A DNA stretch of 62,658 nucleotides, the filler included, from Circinaria calcarea (taxonomy: Eukaryota), in NCBI GenBank assembly GCA_051942165.1. It is 16 parts of 16 records of this genome, joined end to end, with 100 filler letters (N's around TTAATTAATTAA, not from the genome) between each part and the next. Parts side by side here need not be neighbours in the genome. Positions count along the whole stretch, not along the records: positions 11,799 to 15,629 come from JAVECS010002600.1; positions 15,730 to 19,560 come from JAVECS010002601.1; positions 19,661 to 23,489 come from JAVECS010002602.1; positions 23,590 to 27,415 come from JAVECS010002603.1; 12 more parts are not named here. One strand, 5' to 3'. The translations under genes and the position numbers were made by a program. Below the pieces are notes generated by a model. It did no database searches and was not told the DNA's origin. It saw nothing but the letters and a program-made list of their open reading frames with translations. Numbering within the stretch: position 1 is the first letter of the stretch; each line of letters starts with the position of its first letter. Shown here in pieces: positions 12,722 to 24,573 of the stretch.

Positions 12722-13171
12722 AATGGAATACTTTTGATATGCAAAATTAGTAGTAACGTGAAATGGCACAAACGCTTTCCGGTAGATGGCAGTATACACA
12801 TGGCTAGTAGCTATATATCTCATCTTGCGGTCCCGTGATATTGTGATTTCGGACTTTAGATGTTTAAATCCGCGGGCAGCCGCCAATAGCCCAAGTTTCT
12901 ACGTCAGATTCATGCGTGTAAATCGACGAACCAATAACGGAAACGAGACTGTACTCCGATCTACGGACTTGATCCATAATCCAAAAAAAAATTAGTCCCT
13001 TCGTCCTTTTTTATTTCCTTAACCCCGATGACTTACCCATATCCCCGGGGCACAGACAGCAAGTGACCTCATCGGGGATACCAGATACCAGATACCATAC
13101 CCACCCGTCTCGTTATGTCCGTTTGCTTCTTCTTCTTATCGAGCATACATAAATACCATACCATACCAGAG

Positions 13172-13514
13172 TGTAAGGGCGCTGCAATCCTTGGGGCTTA
13201 TTGAGGAATATGATAAGTCCCGATTAGTAATAACACGGTTACATAGGCCGTAGTCGAATGGTTGGCCTAGGCTCAATATAAAAGAAGTATATTGAACTTG
13301 TTATGGGTCTATAAGCATGCTATCTAAAGAGCGGCGATAGCCTGTTATATATATTCTCCTGCTCACCCTGCTCACCTCCATGAGTATACTGAGCAACCTT
13401 CCGTGCTCACCTTACTCACCTCCATGAGCATACTGAGCAACCGGTTCCAGGGTTCTGCCGTTCCGGGACTAGTCCTATCTCGGTCCTCGTACATGTCATG
13501 GTGGCGCCATAACA
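13172..13514 (-). mobile_element. Solo LTR, family A copy 1 (343 bp; strand given relative to the copies at 38417 and 38736)
   Basis: TGTAAGGGCGCTGCAATCCTTGGGGC...GGCGCCATAACA has TG..CA termini. Its reverse complement aligns with 38417-38727 and 38736-39169. There is no clean TSD (CAGAG vs CTCGA). Confidence 0.8.
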
Positions 13515-13765
13515 CTCGACCCCTTATTCCATGAAGATCTAGTTAAAACTTCTATCATGATACTGAAGGCCCTTGGAACTATATAAAATTACTTATAAAA
13601 TATCCAGATACTTTAGCTCACAAAAATCCAGGAATACATATCCTCGAAGTCGGTGCAGGGACTGGAGGAGTGATTACACCAATACTACATATCTTAAAAA
13701 TTTATAGCGAGCACGAGTATGGAGTATCAAGATATCACCTTTACGACTGCACAGACATTTTCTGT
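13515..13765 (+). pseudogene. Relic of a highly reducing PKS C-methyltransferase domain
   Basis: From 13613 it reads LAHKNPGIHILEVGAGTGGVITPILHIL...SRYHLYDCTDI (SAM-binding ExGxGxG plus the TDI motif typical of fungal PKS CMeT). The upstream LDPLFHEDLVK is out of frame. No start codon or other PKS domain is present. Confidence 0.75.
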
Positions 13766-14175
13766 GTGAGGGACCCTCGGTATTTTACGAAGTCGAAGGC
13801 GAAGGTAGAAAGAGACTTTGGAATGATAGTATAATAGTCACTGTGAACTGCTCGAGTTTGATTTAATGCAACATTCTCAAATGATAGCACACAAAAATTC
13901 TCTCCCCAACTTCGATGCTGCAATAACAGGTATCCAGCTCCTATTCACACGAATGGCATCGTCATCGAGCATCAAGCGGCGCTGATGACAGACTGAACTT
14001 TAGCAGAACGTAATTACTTCACGACTAGACCTTCTGAATACCGGTGCTAATCCAGCGCAAGCACGTTGGTAAAAATAATGGACGAGAGACCGTGTAGGTA
14101 CTGGATAGCTGTCAGATATTGAATCACTTCTTAGACGTGAATAGTTTACTTGCCTCATCAGTCAAGCCTTCCTGG

Positions 14176-14640
14176 TCACAATTGACTGCAATGACCATGC
14201 TTACATCCCTCACATAAATCACTCTGATGAGGACCTTTACTTTTACCTGAGTAATTCGGCCTGTCCATCTCTATTCCACACCACTTTTTGATACGGTATG
14301 CCACTCTTTCTGCATATGAATCATCTAAACGCGGTTTACTGAGACTGTTGCACCCCTGACAGCGTTGATGATATACCCTTGCATTATAATGTGCTCCGGG
14401 ATACATCCGTATGGTGATAGCGATCTTCTTGCTCGACCATCCGCTAGAACCACATGCGCGGTTGCGGCATATGAATCGACCCATGATATTAGTGTCGTAC
14501 TGTTTGATGCAACTTTCAGTGTCGTCATTTTCATGGAAGTCGAAGTGTAGATCATCTTCTTCTAGTAGGCGCGATACATCGTCGTGTAACGCTGAGTACA
14601 TTGACCATTTTCGATCCGACTTTGATTTTCTGGACGGCAT
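14176..14640 (-). CDS. Stand-alone 3CxxC zinc-binding domain protein
   Basis: MGRFICRNRAC..GWSS...YNARVYHQRCQGC...GPHQSDLCEGCKHGHC, the 3CxxC (RTP/ZAR1-type) pattern. Intronless, 154 aa. Confidence 0.88.
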   Translation of the reverse strand: MPSRKSKSDRKWSMYSALHDDVSRLLEEDDLHFDFHENDDTESCIKQYDTNIMGRFICRNRACGSSGWSSKKIAITIRMYPGAHYNARVYHQRCQGCNSLSKPRLDDSYAERVAYRIKKWCGIEMDRPNYSGKSKGPHQSDLCEGCKHGHCSQL

Positions 14641-15499
14641 GACGAGTGTGGTGAAAGGATAGCTTGAAAAGTGTCAAGGGTGATTGTAATGGATAAGAGA
14701 GGTCGGAGGGGTATCAGGCAGAGGTGGGCTCCCAGAGGGAAACTGGAATAACGAGCCAGGCGGTGTGTAGACTGGATCTTATTTCCATTAGTTAGACGGC
14801 TATCCTATAACGAGCTTGTGACAAGAGGGAAAAGAGACATAGAAATAGCTTCCTCATTAGAGATAGCTTCCTCATTAGACGAATACGTCTCCCACTTCCT
14901 AGACGTTTTTTCAAGATAAGCTGCGGTATTACTGAACTTTGTGTCGTCAGAAACAAAATGCTTTTATTACCCTCTGGGGCTCATCTTCACTAACTGGGCC
15001 AAACCACGATGATAATATAATGATCACGAAGGTTGGAGATCTGCTCTGGTGTATGTTAGAAATGATATACTATCCGTTTCGTTCTCGCAAAGTATCACCG
15101 ATAGTGGGGGTGCGACCCCCCTACGGAATTCTTCTACCAATCAAATTCTAACACGTATTGTAAAGTCTTCTCCGTGCAGAAGGCCTAGCTCCAGAGAGCT
15201 CCTGACCTCTGCTAGTATATATTTCTTTGTAGGCATTTCGCCAAATGTCTAAAGGACGATTAATTCCCGTCGTATCGAATAACCTCATTGCTAGAGCTAA
15301 CGCGATTTCAGCATAAGCAAAGCGTATTATGTTCTTATTTACCCGATACGATTTGACTAACAGACTATGGCCTTGGGGATACGTGTGGATGGGCAGCCCC
15401 GACAACCGGAGCCACGGGGTTATGGTGAGGCGCACCTCGCTTCTTACGAGGTGTTTATAACCACCTATAGAGACTTTTGCATCACCACCTAAAAAAAAA

Positions 15500-15629
15500 C
15501 AATTACCGTTTTAAACAAGAACGTTAAAGTAGTATAATATTATTTAAATAAAAATTATAATTTATATTATATTTATAATTAATAAATATAATATTTTAAC
15601 CGCCGGTATAATTTTTATATATTAAATAT
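15500..15629. other. Extremely AT/TpA-rich contig end, probable RIP-degraded repeat
   Basis: Near-pure A/T sequence such as TATAATATTATTTAAATAAAATTATAATTTATATTATAT. Milder tracts occur at about 7420-7710 and 8380-8610. Confidence 0.55.
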
Positions 15630-15731
15630 NNNNNNNNNNNNNNNNNNNNNNNNNNNNNNNNNNNNNNNNNNNNTTAATTAATTAANNNNNNNNNNNNNNN
15701 NNNNNNNNNNNNNNNNNNNNNNNNNNNNNCT

Positions 15732-16964
15732 ATGAATGGGGTTAAGGTTATCGGGAAAAGTCAGGTTGACGAATCGCACACAGTCGTAACCACTGGTGGA
15801 GCGACCGAAGGACCCCAAATGGTACGCGCAGCTCCAGAAATCATTGACATCTCGAGCGCGGAGGAGGATAGCGAGTCAGACGACGATCCTGCACCGGCGG
15901 CAATTGCACCGCTGCGTGTTGTAACCAACGGCGACACAAATGCAGATATCGCGATGGAGGATGCTGACTCTGGAACCAACGAAGATGTGGTGACTACTGA
16001 GGAACAGTCTTTTGGCGATCTTATTCGAGCAAGTGTTCCTGGCACAGTCGACGTTGCGGCCGCGTTTACTGAACCGGACGAACAAGCTTTAGCGCCTCCA
16101 AGCGAGCGAAATCTGCAGCTTCCGTCAGGGATGTCGCTTGGGACCGTTCTTACACAGGCGCTTCGGACAAATGATGTGAACCTTCTGGAGACTTGCTTGC
16201 ATATTAGTGATCTCAACATGATTCGGGCTACAATTGAGCGGCTAAATTCGTCCCTTGCAACGGCGCTGCTGCAGAAACTTGCGGAGCGTCTTCACAGTCG
16301 CCCAGGTAGAGCTGGAAGCCTCATGGTTTGGGTACAGTGGACATTGGTTGCCCATGGAGGTTATCTTGCTGGCCAACCAGATGTCGTGAAAAAGCTTACT
16401 TCCCTATATCGAGTAGTCAAGGAACGTGCGAACAGCCTGCATTCTCTGCTGTCGCTGAAGGGTAAATTGGATATGCTAGAAGCTCAGATGAATCTCCGGA
16501 AAAGCATGCAAAGACGCTTTGGCGGTGATGTCCCCGAAAACGAAGATGACGAAGAAGCCGTCATCTATGTTGAAGGACAAGAAGACACCAGCTCTCAGGA
16601 TGAGTCAGACGACCAAATAGATTCAATCGAGCCAAGCGAGCATAAGAGTATGGGGGAAAAGAGCCCGAAATTTGGCGCGAATGACGTGTCAAGTGAGAGC
16701 GACGAAGATATGGATGACATGCCGACTGTTATGGAGGGCCCCGAAGACGAGTCAGACGGGAGTACTTCGGAACCCTTGATTGATCAGGAGGCTTCCGAAA
16801 CGGACGATGATTCGGGCGACGAGGCTTCCGAGGAGGAAGTGGACTTTGATGATGCCGATTCCATGGACGAGGACGAAGATGAAGGAAGCGAGACGGAAAG
16901 GTCGCCGAAAAAGCAGCGGTCAAAGGCCAAACTTAGCAACGGTATTATCCCGAGAAGAAAATAG
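15732..16964 (+). CDS. UTP5: SSU processome subunit Utp5 (Dip2/Utp12 domain plus acidic tail), 5'-truncated
   Basis: SLGTVLTQALRTNDVNLLETCL, IRATIERL, RPGRAGSLMVWVQWTLVAHGG, LLSLKGKLDML, then a long D/E-rich tail and a basic C-terminus. Confidence 0.85.
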   Translation: MNGVKVIGKSQVDESHTVVTTGGATEGPQMVRAAPEIIDISSAEEDSESDDDPAPAAIAPLRVVTNGDTNADIAMEDADSGTNEDVVTTEEQSFGDLIRASVPGTVDVAAAFTEPDEQALAPPSERNLQLPSGMSLGTVLTQALRTNDVNLLETCLHISDLNMIRATIERLNSSLATALLQKLAERLHSRPGRAGSLMVWVQWTLVAHGGYLAGQPDVVKKLTSLYRVVKERANSLHSLLSLKGKLDMLEAQMNLRKSMQRRFGGDVPENEDDEEAVIYVEGQEDTSSQDESDDQIDSIEPSEHKSMGEKSPKFGANDVSSESDEDMDDMPTVMEGPEDESDGSTSEPLIDQEASETDDDSGDEASEEEVDFDDADSMDEDEDEGSETERSPKKQRSKAKLSNGIIPRRK

Positions 16965-17683
16965 AGCAGCGTTTTTTCTATGTTCTAGTGTATAGGTACA
17001 GGAAACGAATGACGCGTATCCCGTGGTTTGGAGTGGTCGTGAGCTTGTTGGGCGGCAAGAAGAAGCATTGAAGCGAGTATTTCGGTATCATTTGCATGAT
17101 GACATGAGTGCATGGTCGGCGCCTCGTTCTTCTGTGGATTGTCTCCCGGACTTGATACCCCGGCGTTTGAGTTGTTGCAATCTTGGGCGCTTCTTTGGCG
17201 GAAAAAGGGAAATGGGAAATGGGATGTTCGGTCGATACAGTTACCCGGCACGACTTCATGCTAGAGCAGACAGGCCGAGACAAGTTTATAGTCTAGCCAG
17301 TAGGCGTTTGGGTGCGGTTGTGCTTGCTTACATTGCTCATCGCATTCTTGCATTGGTTCGTTGATAGGAATGTCTCAGGTGGTAAGTTGCCGCGTCCGGT
17401 CGAACGAAACCCAAACAATGAATCACAAAAGACAAAGAAGTCGACCTTCGGATGCAACCCCCTTAGCCGCCAAAAGTTCCCACAATCGCCATTAGAAGAC
17501 ATTGGCCTCGTTCATCAACAAAGGACTGGAGACACCATGGGGCACAAACGAAAGATGGTCGAACATACAAAGAAGCCCTGTTTCTCTGCATTCCTCCTCC
17601 TCCCCTCCCACCCTTACAGATCTGATCTTGCCGATCAAAGAGAACATCGTGATTCATGTCGCAGCCAATGCGTTCTACTCTCC

Positions 17684-19560
17684 ATGTTCCTCAATCGAGT
17701 CCTTCCGTTACCCCCAGCCCTTTCGACTACCTCTGCAGCATCCCCATTGAATTCCAGACGAGACAGTCTCTTGCAAAACAGGATCATGGCGAGCCGGGAA
17801 CCAAGTTCTTCTTCCACCAAGAATAAGAGTCCGAGTGCATCTCTGAAGTCCTCATCACCGGCAGGAAGGAATTCACCACAGTCTCCAGGCGAGGAACCCT
17901 TGGAGCATTATCAAGGCTCCAGTTGTGGAGTATCACCTTCTCATCGCTCAACGTCAACGCGCTCACCTTCTCAACTCTCGGCGGAAGCAGTTCGGCGCTC
18001 CAGCAGGCACCTGCCGTCGCTGTCGACATCGAGTGGATCAGTAAGATCTACAGATTCGCCAAGTCAGCTTTGCCTCTGCCAGCCAGAGCCGAAAGTGCCT
18101 CGACCTAGAAACGGTGAGAATTTCCTCCCGTCCTTGACTCGTCTATAAAGCTCTTTCATTCGCCGAATAAACAAGTTCTTTGTTGGGAGGTGCCACTTCA
18201 ACTAATCATTCCTTCTAGCCTTTATCCTCTACCGTCAGCATCATCAAGCTGCTGTTGTAGCGCAGAATCCAGGCTTAGCCAATCCCGAAATCTCCAAGAT
18301 CATCGGAGATCATTGGAGATCATCGCCTACCGAGGTCAAACTCCATTGGAAAGGGTTGGCCGACGTGAGTATGAAGTGAGAGACGAGAATCGAGATGTTG
18401 GCTAACGGAAACGGCAGGAGGAGAAGCTGCGGCATCAAAAACAATATCCAGACTACCGATATCAGCCACGTCGAAGTGGTCGGAACAGTGTTACAAACTC
18501 CTTACATTCGATTCACCCCGAAAATCCCCGGTGCAGTAAGTGTGGTGGCAAAAGCATCTCCTCATCTGCCATGGCAGCACCTGGTCTATCAACACCATCA
18601 ACGCCAGAAAGTCAGTACACCAGCCAGATTTCATCATCCAGCTCTGGGGCAAATCGTTTCCTACGCCATATCGGTGGTAGTCAACAGGTTCCGCCGCCTG
18701 CTAACTTCCGGTCCTCCCGTCCCAGCACAACGAATGCTGTTGCGGGGCCCTTGCATATAAGTACAGCGCAAAACCTGCGGCACGAGGAACTAGAGCCGCC
18801 TTTGAGTCCGGATACAAAGCGCCGTCGCTTTGGTAACGGCAATTATGCGCCAATCCGCGCGGGAAGTGGCCCGCTCACGCCCTTCCCCTTTCCCAACCGC
18901 CGTGAATCGCTCCCACGACCGGAGTTTATGCACAAACCGCAATTCTCAATGGCAGCTCCTCCCCGACCGTATCCCCACAACGCTTCGCTCCACGATACCA
19001 ACCTCACCCTCCCTCCCTTGAAGACATCTAGTATATCCGAAGCCTCCCCGCAGGCCAAATCCGTCGAAGCCATGATCATGTCGATCCCGCACATTAACAA
19101 AATCAAGGTCCTGGCCAAAATCTCGCCTCCGCTCGCGGTTCCCGGTCCCACTTCCCCTCAACACGCCATCCGAGGCGCCATCGTCGCCATCGACGGTCAA
19201 GACAGCGAATCCGTCAACGCCGTCGTGAAATACCTTTCCGACTTTCTCTCCAAAGAAGACGAGTACAAGGCCCGTGTCTGGCGAACCCCTGGTCTCACCC
19301 TTCCAGCCTCCTCGGAGACTAGCTTTGCCAACTACCTCCAGCTCATCACGCACTGGCACTCGATCGCGCAAGAAGTGGTCAAGCACATCACCACCCTTCC
19401 CACGCCTCCTTCTCCGCCTCCTATTTCGCCCAAGACGATTCCCCCGGAGATCTCGCAATCCGGCCCCTCTACAGAACTTAACAAGAAGGACTCAAGCCCT
19501 TCCTCCCCCCCAGCTAGTCTCCCCCATCCTCATCCTCATCACCCCCCTACTCAACACAGT
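17684..19560 (+). CDS. HMG-box transcription factor (Rox1/Rfg1-like MATA_HMG class), 3'-truncated
   Basis: Spliced HMG box KVPRPRNAFILYRQHHQ...NPEISKIIGDHW...LADEEKLRHQKQYPDYRYQPRR, with introns 18114-18218 and 18365-18417. The start is probably ATG 17684 (MFLNRVLPLP), alternatively 17786. Confidence 0.9.
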
Positions 19561-19660
19561 NNNNNNNNNNNNNNNNNNNNNNNNNNNNNNNNNNNNNNNN
19601 NNNNTTAATTAATTAANNNNNNNNNNNNNNNNNNNNNNNNNNNNNNNNNNNNNNNNNNNN

Positions 19661-21147
19661 GCCTCCACTTGCCTCATGGCCGTGGACGGGCTTCTTTTCG
19701 TAATAGCCAGATTTCCAAAATCTATCCAAAATGTCGTTCTCGTTCGTCGCGACCACCAACTTTGCCATAGGCAGGCCCATGCGCTTTGCAAAGTACCTAA
19801 GCAATGTTAGAGTTCTTCATTACTGAGAACGTGTCAAAGAAAACCCGTACCCAGCTAGAACGTCGCCGAAGTTTCCAGTAGGTACCACGAATCGTACTTG
19901 GGAGCCGGAAGTGAATTTTCCAGATTTTGATAGCAATGCATATGCATGGAAATAGTATGTAATCTGGGCCAAGATGCCTATATTCATGTCAGTCTTGGGC
20001 GGTACACAGCAGAGCTCAGATGGCGGTGAAGCCTTCGCGAGCTGACTCCGGGGAGACCTTACGGGCCCAGTTGATCGAGTTTATAGCGGCAAGCTGGTGC
20101 GTTCTCTTGATGTCGTCATCACCAAACAGAGCTTTTACAAAGTCCTGGCAATCATCAAAGGTGCCATCGACCGCCAGGTTGTGCACGTTCTCGTCCAGCA
20201 CCGAGGTCATCTGGGCCTCTTGAATTGGGCTGATCCGATTTTCCGGATGGAGGATAATAACTGATACATCAGCTTTCCCTCGTAAGCCATAGATTGCCGC
20301 AGATCCAGTGTCGCCGCTTGTTGCTCCAACTACCGTTAGGTGCTCCCGCCCTGCTTCGCTCTTGCCTTTATTTCGTCGGACCAGAAAATATCTGTACTTG
20401 GAGTTAGTCTGTTGCATATGTAAAGATTAAAAATGGGCTCTTTGGTACACTAACTCGAAGACGTTCCCGAGAAACTGTAGGGCTACCTTTACCCGGGGTT
20501 AATCTACTGTAAACAAAAGAGATGGATGGATGATTGAGATTTACGTCTTTGAAGGCAAAAGTAGGACCTGTAGCGGTAAATTTAGTTGATCCTATAATAA
20601 AAATGTCTAGGTCAAATGGTCGTTCTTACTCACCGTGAAAAAGTTCAAGCAGGTGCAACTGTTTCTCTTCGTCCAATGTCACTAATGGCGTGGTCTCCGG
20701 CGCACGAAAGACGGATGAAGAATAGCTTCTGTGGACAATGTCCCGGAGATCCTCTGACGGGATCTCACTAGAACTGACGTATAGGGAGAAGATGTGGAAC
20801 GCCAGCTCCTCGAACGACCTATGATAATATCAGGATCACTGTATATCATATTGCTACACCTAAGAAGCGGATTGACTGACCAGTCTTTCCATACATCTGA
20901 CCACTCGGCCGGCAGTGACGGAATCTCTTCTGGAAGAAAGAGGCCGCCTTCAATTAAGTGAGTAAATGGCCAACGTCAAGTTGCTGTGGACCGGAGCTTA
21001 CCGTCGGGAGCAAGACCTTGAAGGACTACTTCTTCAAAGGAGCGCTATCCAACGTGAGTAGATGGTCGAGTTGCGGAAGCTTAAACATACATTGTAGGAG
21101 CCGCCTCGACTGCTCAGATATTTTTGGGAGGATGTATAGGATGCCAT
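19661..21147 (-). CDS. THR4: Threonine synthase, 3'-truncated, 8 introns visible
   Basis: MASYTSSQKYLSSRGG, VLQGLAPDGGLFLPE, LLELFHGPTFAFKDVALQFLGN (PLP lysine), GATSGDTGSAA, INSINWARILAQITYY, VPTGNFGD, VATNENDIL. Confidence 0.97.
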
Positions 21148-21754
21148 TTTCGAATGGCTTCTTGTACGAGGCAACTGCGGTATCAATTGGGAATTGATCA
21201 GAGAGGTGCTGCAACCGAATGAAGGTGCTATTTTCCGGTAGGGGGAAACTGCGGTGTGATGATAACAGATATATGCATCACTAGTACTCTGCTGATCCCC
21301 GGCTATGGTGAAAATTTCATGGATAGCTCCATTCTATGTATGGCGCAAGTTTTCGCTAAGGCGGGAAGGTTCTTGGTTGAACTATGGTAAAGTGTAGGTA
21401 GCTTGACCTTCTAAATACAACAACGCGCCTGCTTGTTTTTCAAGGCTGTGAGTCTACATCAGGTATTTGGACAAGCCTACGCTTGAAATTCCATGCTTTC
21501 GCCAAAGTCTATTCTACCCCCACAGGCTGGCGCAACATTAATCTTATCCCAAAGATCGCAAGGGCTCGAGCATGACTGGGGCAGTATCAAGGGGGGTTTT
21601 TCAATATGGCATTTGGCAGCAGCTACGAAACCTGTGAACCTGACATCAAGGTACATGTTGCCGGCGCCAGGGCAGGTAAGGACTAATCGAGAATGTACAA
21701 CACAGCTGTCAAGTGAGGGGATTACTCACCTTCGTCACGGCAGTGTCGTGCGCT

Positions 21755-23473
21755 CTAACTAACTTGTATTGATCGGGGCGGGCCTGATTGCGGGCATCCT
21801 TCTCCAGATTCCCATCGGCACCGTTCACATACACACATACCTCCCAGCGCCCCCGCCGCCCACTCTCTCCGCTTTTCGACATCCAGTTCCACGTCGCAGT
21901 AGTGGTTCAGAATCTCTTCCCCCTTCTTGATGCCTCCACGCCATCTCTCGCCTTGCGCTTCATCCTTGTGAGGTCCCCACTTCACCACCTCATCCCCACC
22001 CCTGGCCCAAAACTCCACCTCTCCACCCCATTCCCATCTCACGTTCGGCGCGCAGCTGTGGTTGGCGAGACACCACATCGGATGGACGGCGCAGACTTCT
22101 GGTTTCCCATCCCGGGTGTTGAGTCTTGCGCTTGCAGTACCCCGGAACTTTGCATATAAAGTGTTAAATATCCATGTGTCATATTTTTCGAGATCAGCAA
22201 ATATATCGACATCCATCTTCTCGAGGATATGTAGGGGCGAAAGAACGTTGTACGTAAAGGAAAAGGGCAGATGCCGGGCAATTGAGAAGTCTGAGGCAAA
22301 GGATGAATGGAGATAAGTACTGTCGGGATGGATGAAGTCGCCCCAGATGTACTTCGTCTCCTTTAACTCCAGTGGATGTGAACCTTGAGTTTCTGCAAGA
22401 GCCATAGTGCGTCCAAGGAGCAAGAGGTATAAAGCATTCGCAGCGTCTCTAGGTTTTGTTTCTCTACCTATGAAATCCAAATCCTTGCCACAAATCGATG
22501 GATGATAGCTAGACAGGGCGGTATCATGGCATTTCAAGCTGCAGAAGACGGTATCGTCGCACTCGGAACAAGCATAAAGAGCTTGAGAAGAAGATATAGG
22601 AGGAAGCTCGGAAGAGCATGCGTCGCACAGAGGATCATTGAGACGGTTGTTGGCAGTCAGTATGCTAGATTCGCGAAGAACTGTTTCACCCGGCGCAAAA
22701 TCCTGGTCGGCAAAAATACCAAGCTGCTTAATCGTAGCTGCAGCCAATACTGCGGAGCTATCCTCGGTGAGAAGAGGCAGGTCCACTGCGAGTACTGAAC
22801 ATTTAGGGGCAATCTCAGCCATTTCAGAATTAAGGAACGAGAGGCTTGCCGGGGAGAAGCGGTCTGGTTCGTGGGTGTTCCAAGGATAGAGCTCTCGCCT
22901 GACAGAGCCTTCGTCAGGAAGATCATTCTTGAGATCGAAGTGAGATTCCACCCAGCTGGGATCACGCTCTAGCTGAGCCTGTCGATTCCTCTTCGAGATT
23001 TTAGCCATTTGCCCTTCGAGGAATACATCTTTGGGGTCGAGCTGTAGACCTCGAACACAAAAGTCAAAAGCACTTTTTAAACACCCACATTTTAATAGGT
23101 TGCTAGATAACAATCGAAAGCTCGTTAAAGTAGACGCCTTGATACAATCCGCGAGCCAAATCTGGTAGTCCACGTCTTCCCCATAGTGCTGTTGCGCATT
23201 ATGATCACCATTTCTACTACCAGTAGACCCATACGCATGAGGGCTTCGATATGCACTTATGGCCTCCAGGGCCGGTTCATGATACTCTCCAGACTCATCT
23301 TGCGCCTCATCCGTCAACAATAGTGCCTTGTAAGCATCTCCAGCGGCGAGATCGGGGAACCCGAGTTCTTCGTAACTTATTGCCCGGTCGAGGTATAGAC
23401 GTGCATCATATGGAGTCTGATAGAGTTGCTCAGTAAGGCGCCGCCGCCGAGCCAATATCTCGGATGCGTTCAT
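21755..23473 (-). CDS. SET and MYND zinc-finger domain protein (SMYD-like lysine methyltransferase)
   Basis: A helical TPR-like N-terminus, split SET (LGIFADQDFAPGETVL ... LANHSCAPNV ... GEEILNHYC), MYND-like CDAC..CSEC..FCS..C..YH..IC, and post-SET CVCERC. Confidence 0.85.
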   Translation of the reverse strand: MNASEILARRRRLTEQLYQTPYDARLYLDRAISYEELGFPDLAAGDAYKALLLTDEAQDESGEYHEPALEAISAYRSPHAYGSTGSRNGDHNAQQHYGEDVDYQIWLADCIKASTLTSFRLLSSNLLKCGCLKSAFDFCVRGLQLDPKDVFLEGQMAKISKRNRQAQLERDPSWVESHFDLKNDLPDEGSVRRELYPWNTHEPDRFSPASLSFLNSEMAEIAPKCSVLAVDLPLLTEDSSAVLAAATIKQLGIFADQDFAPGETVLRESSILTANNRLNDPLCDACSSELPPISSSQALYACSECDDTVFCSLKCHDTALSSYHPSICGKDLDFIGRETKPRDAANALYLLLLGRTMALAETQGSHPLELKETKYIWGDFIHPDSTYLHSSFASDFSIARHLPFSFTYNVLSPLHILEKMDVDIFADLEKYDTWIFNTLYAKFRGTASARLNTRDGKPEVCAVHPMWCLANHSCAPNVRWEWGGEVEFWARGGDEVVKWGPHKDEAQGERWRGGIKKGEEILNHYCDVELDVEKRREWAAGALGGMCVCERCRWESGEGCPQSGPPRSIQVS

Positions 23474-23589
23474 TCGCACAATGATCCATNNNNNNNNNNN
23501 NNNNNNNNNNNNNNNNNNNNNNNNNNNNNNNNNTTAATTAATTAANNNNNNNNNNNNNNNNNNNNNNNNNNNNNNNNNNNNNNNNNNNN

Positions 23590-24573
23590 CATTCCCTTCC
23601 GAGTTTGTGCGACCTCATACTCAGCCCTCCTTTCTGCTTCCGAGTCATCGGACCCCTCGCCGGAGGTTGCTTCTGCTTCCTCAATCATCTCACGCATTTC
23701 AACTTGATGACGTCGCTTTTGTTCCCGTTCAGCCTTCTTGCCAAGGGATATCCGCCCATCTTCGACGAAAGAGTCAAAGCCTTCGGCAATGTCTTCGTCA
23801 TCACGTACAAGGCGGGTCTCAGGTTCCTTCTTGCGAGCGCGAAGAGTTACAGAGTCGTCATCATCATCATCATCCTCATCTGATGTGGGATTAGAATTCA
23901 GGGAGATGAACTCCTGTTCCTTTGCTAAACGCGCTCGACGTTCCTTCTTCTCCTTGATTTCGGCGTCAGTGGGAATGGAGGAATTCTGTTGGAAAAACAA
24001 GTCGGTGCCAAACTTGGAGGCAATGTCCAACGCATTGCTGCTTGCTTCTTCCTCGTCGGAAGGGCTATTGAGTCTTTTGGGCGTTGAAGGGGTAGAACTT
24101 TTGAGTTCATTCAGGTAGCCTTTGCTGTAGCTGGGCCGCTCTTCAATTGGTCGAATTGGTAGGGAATCCGATGGCAGAGATGTTCCGAGTGTTTTGCGTA
24201 AAGCATTCTTTTCGATGGCTTGCCTGCTGAGATTGGATTTCTTAGGGGTGAAGACCTCTGAAGTAGCGCTTTCATCGTTTACCATGGATGTTTCGCCAGG
24301 TCCGAAAGAGAGGCGCAAAGACGACCGTTTCTTGGGTTTGGAAGATCCAGTGGCAGTAGGACGTTTGATGACAGGGGCGGTTTCTGAGTTATCTAGTCAG
24401 CCATATACTAGTGTTGATGTTAGAGATGTATGAACAGTCGTTGAGTGTAGAGTCTTCTTACCTGACTCGGGAATCTCAGCATCTGCCGTCAACGTGTTCG
24501 TCGTAGCCTCCTCGTTATCGTCATGCTGTCGTATGATACGGGCTTTGCGCCTGGCCCCGAACGGAGAGCTCAT
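23590..24573 (-). CDS. NTR2: Spliceosome disassembly factor Ntr2-domain protein, 3'-truncated
   Basis: MSSPFGARRKARII | intron 24393-24461 | RPSYSKGYLNELKSSTPSTP, IPTDAEIKEKKERRARLA, ETRLVRDDEDIAEGFDSFVEDG, SDDSEAERRAEYEVAQTR. Confidence 0.8.

Noticed and set aside
13023..13077. Inverted repeat CCCCGATGA...TCATCGGGG upstream of the SDR
   Set aside because: It is only 9 bp, single-copy and has no TSD. It may be a TF site but I cannot support that.
17684..19560. Mating-type MAT1-2-1 gene
   Set aside because: The long C-terminal region, the LCLCQP motif before the HMG box and the UTP5 neighbour (not APN2/SLA2) fit a Rox1-like factor instead.
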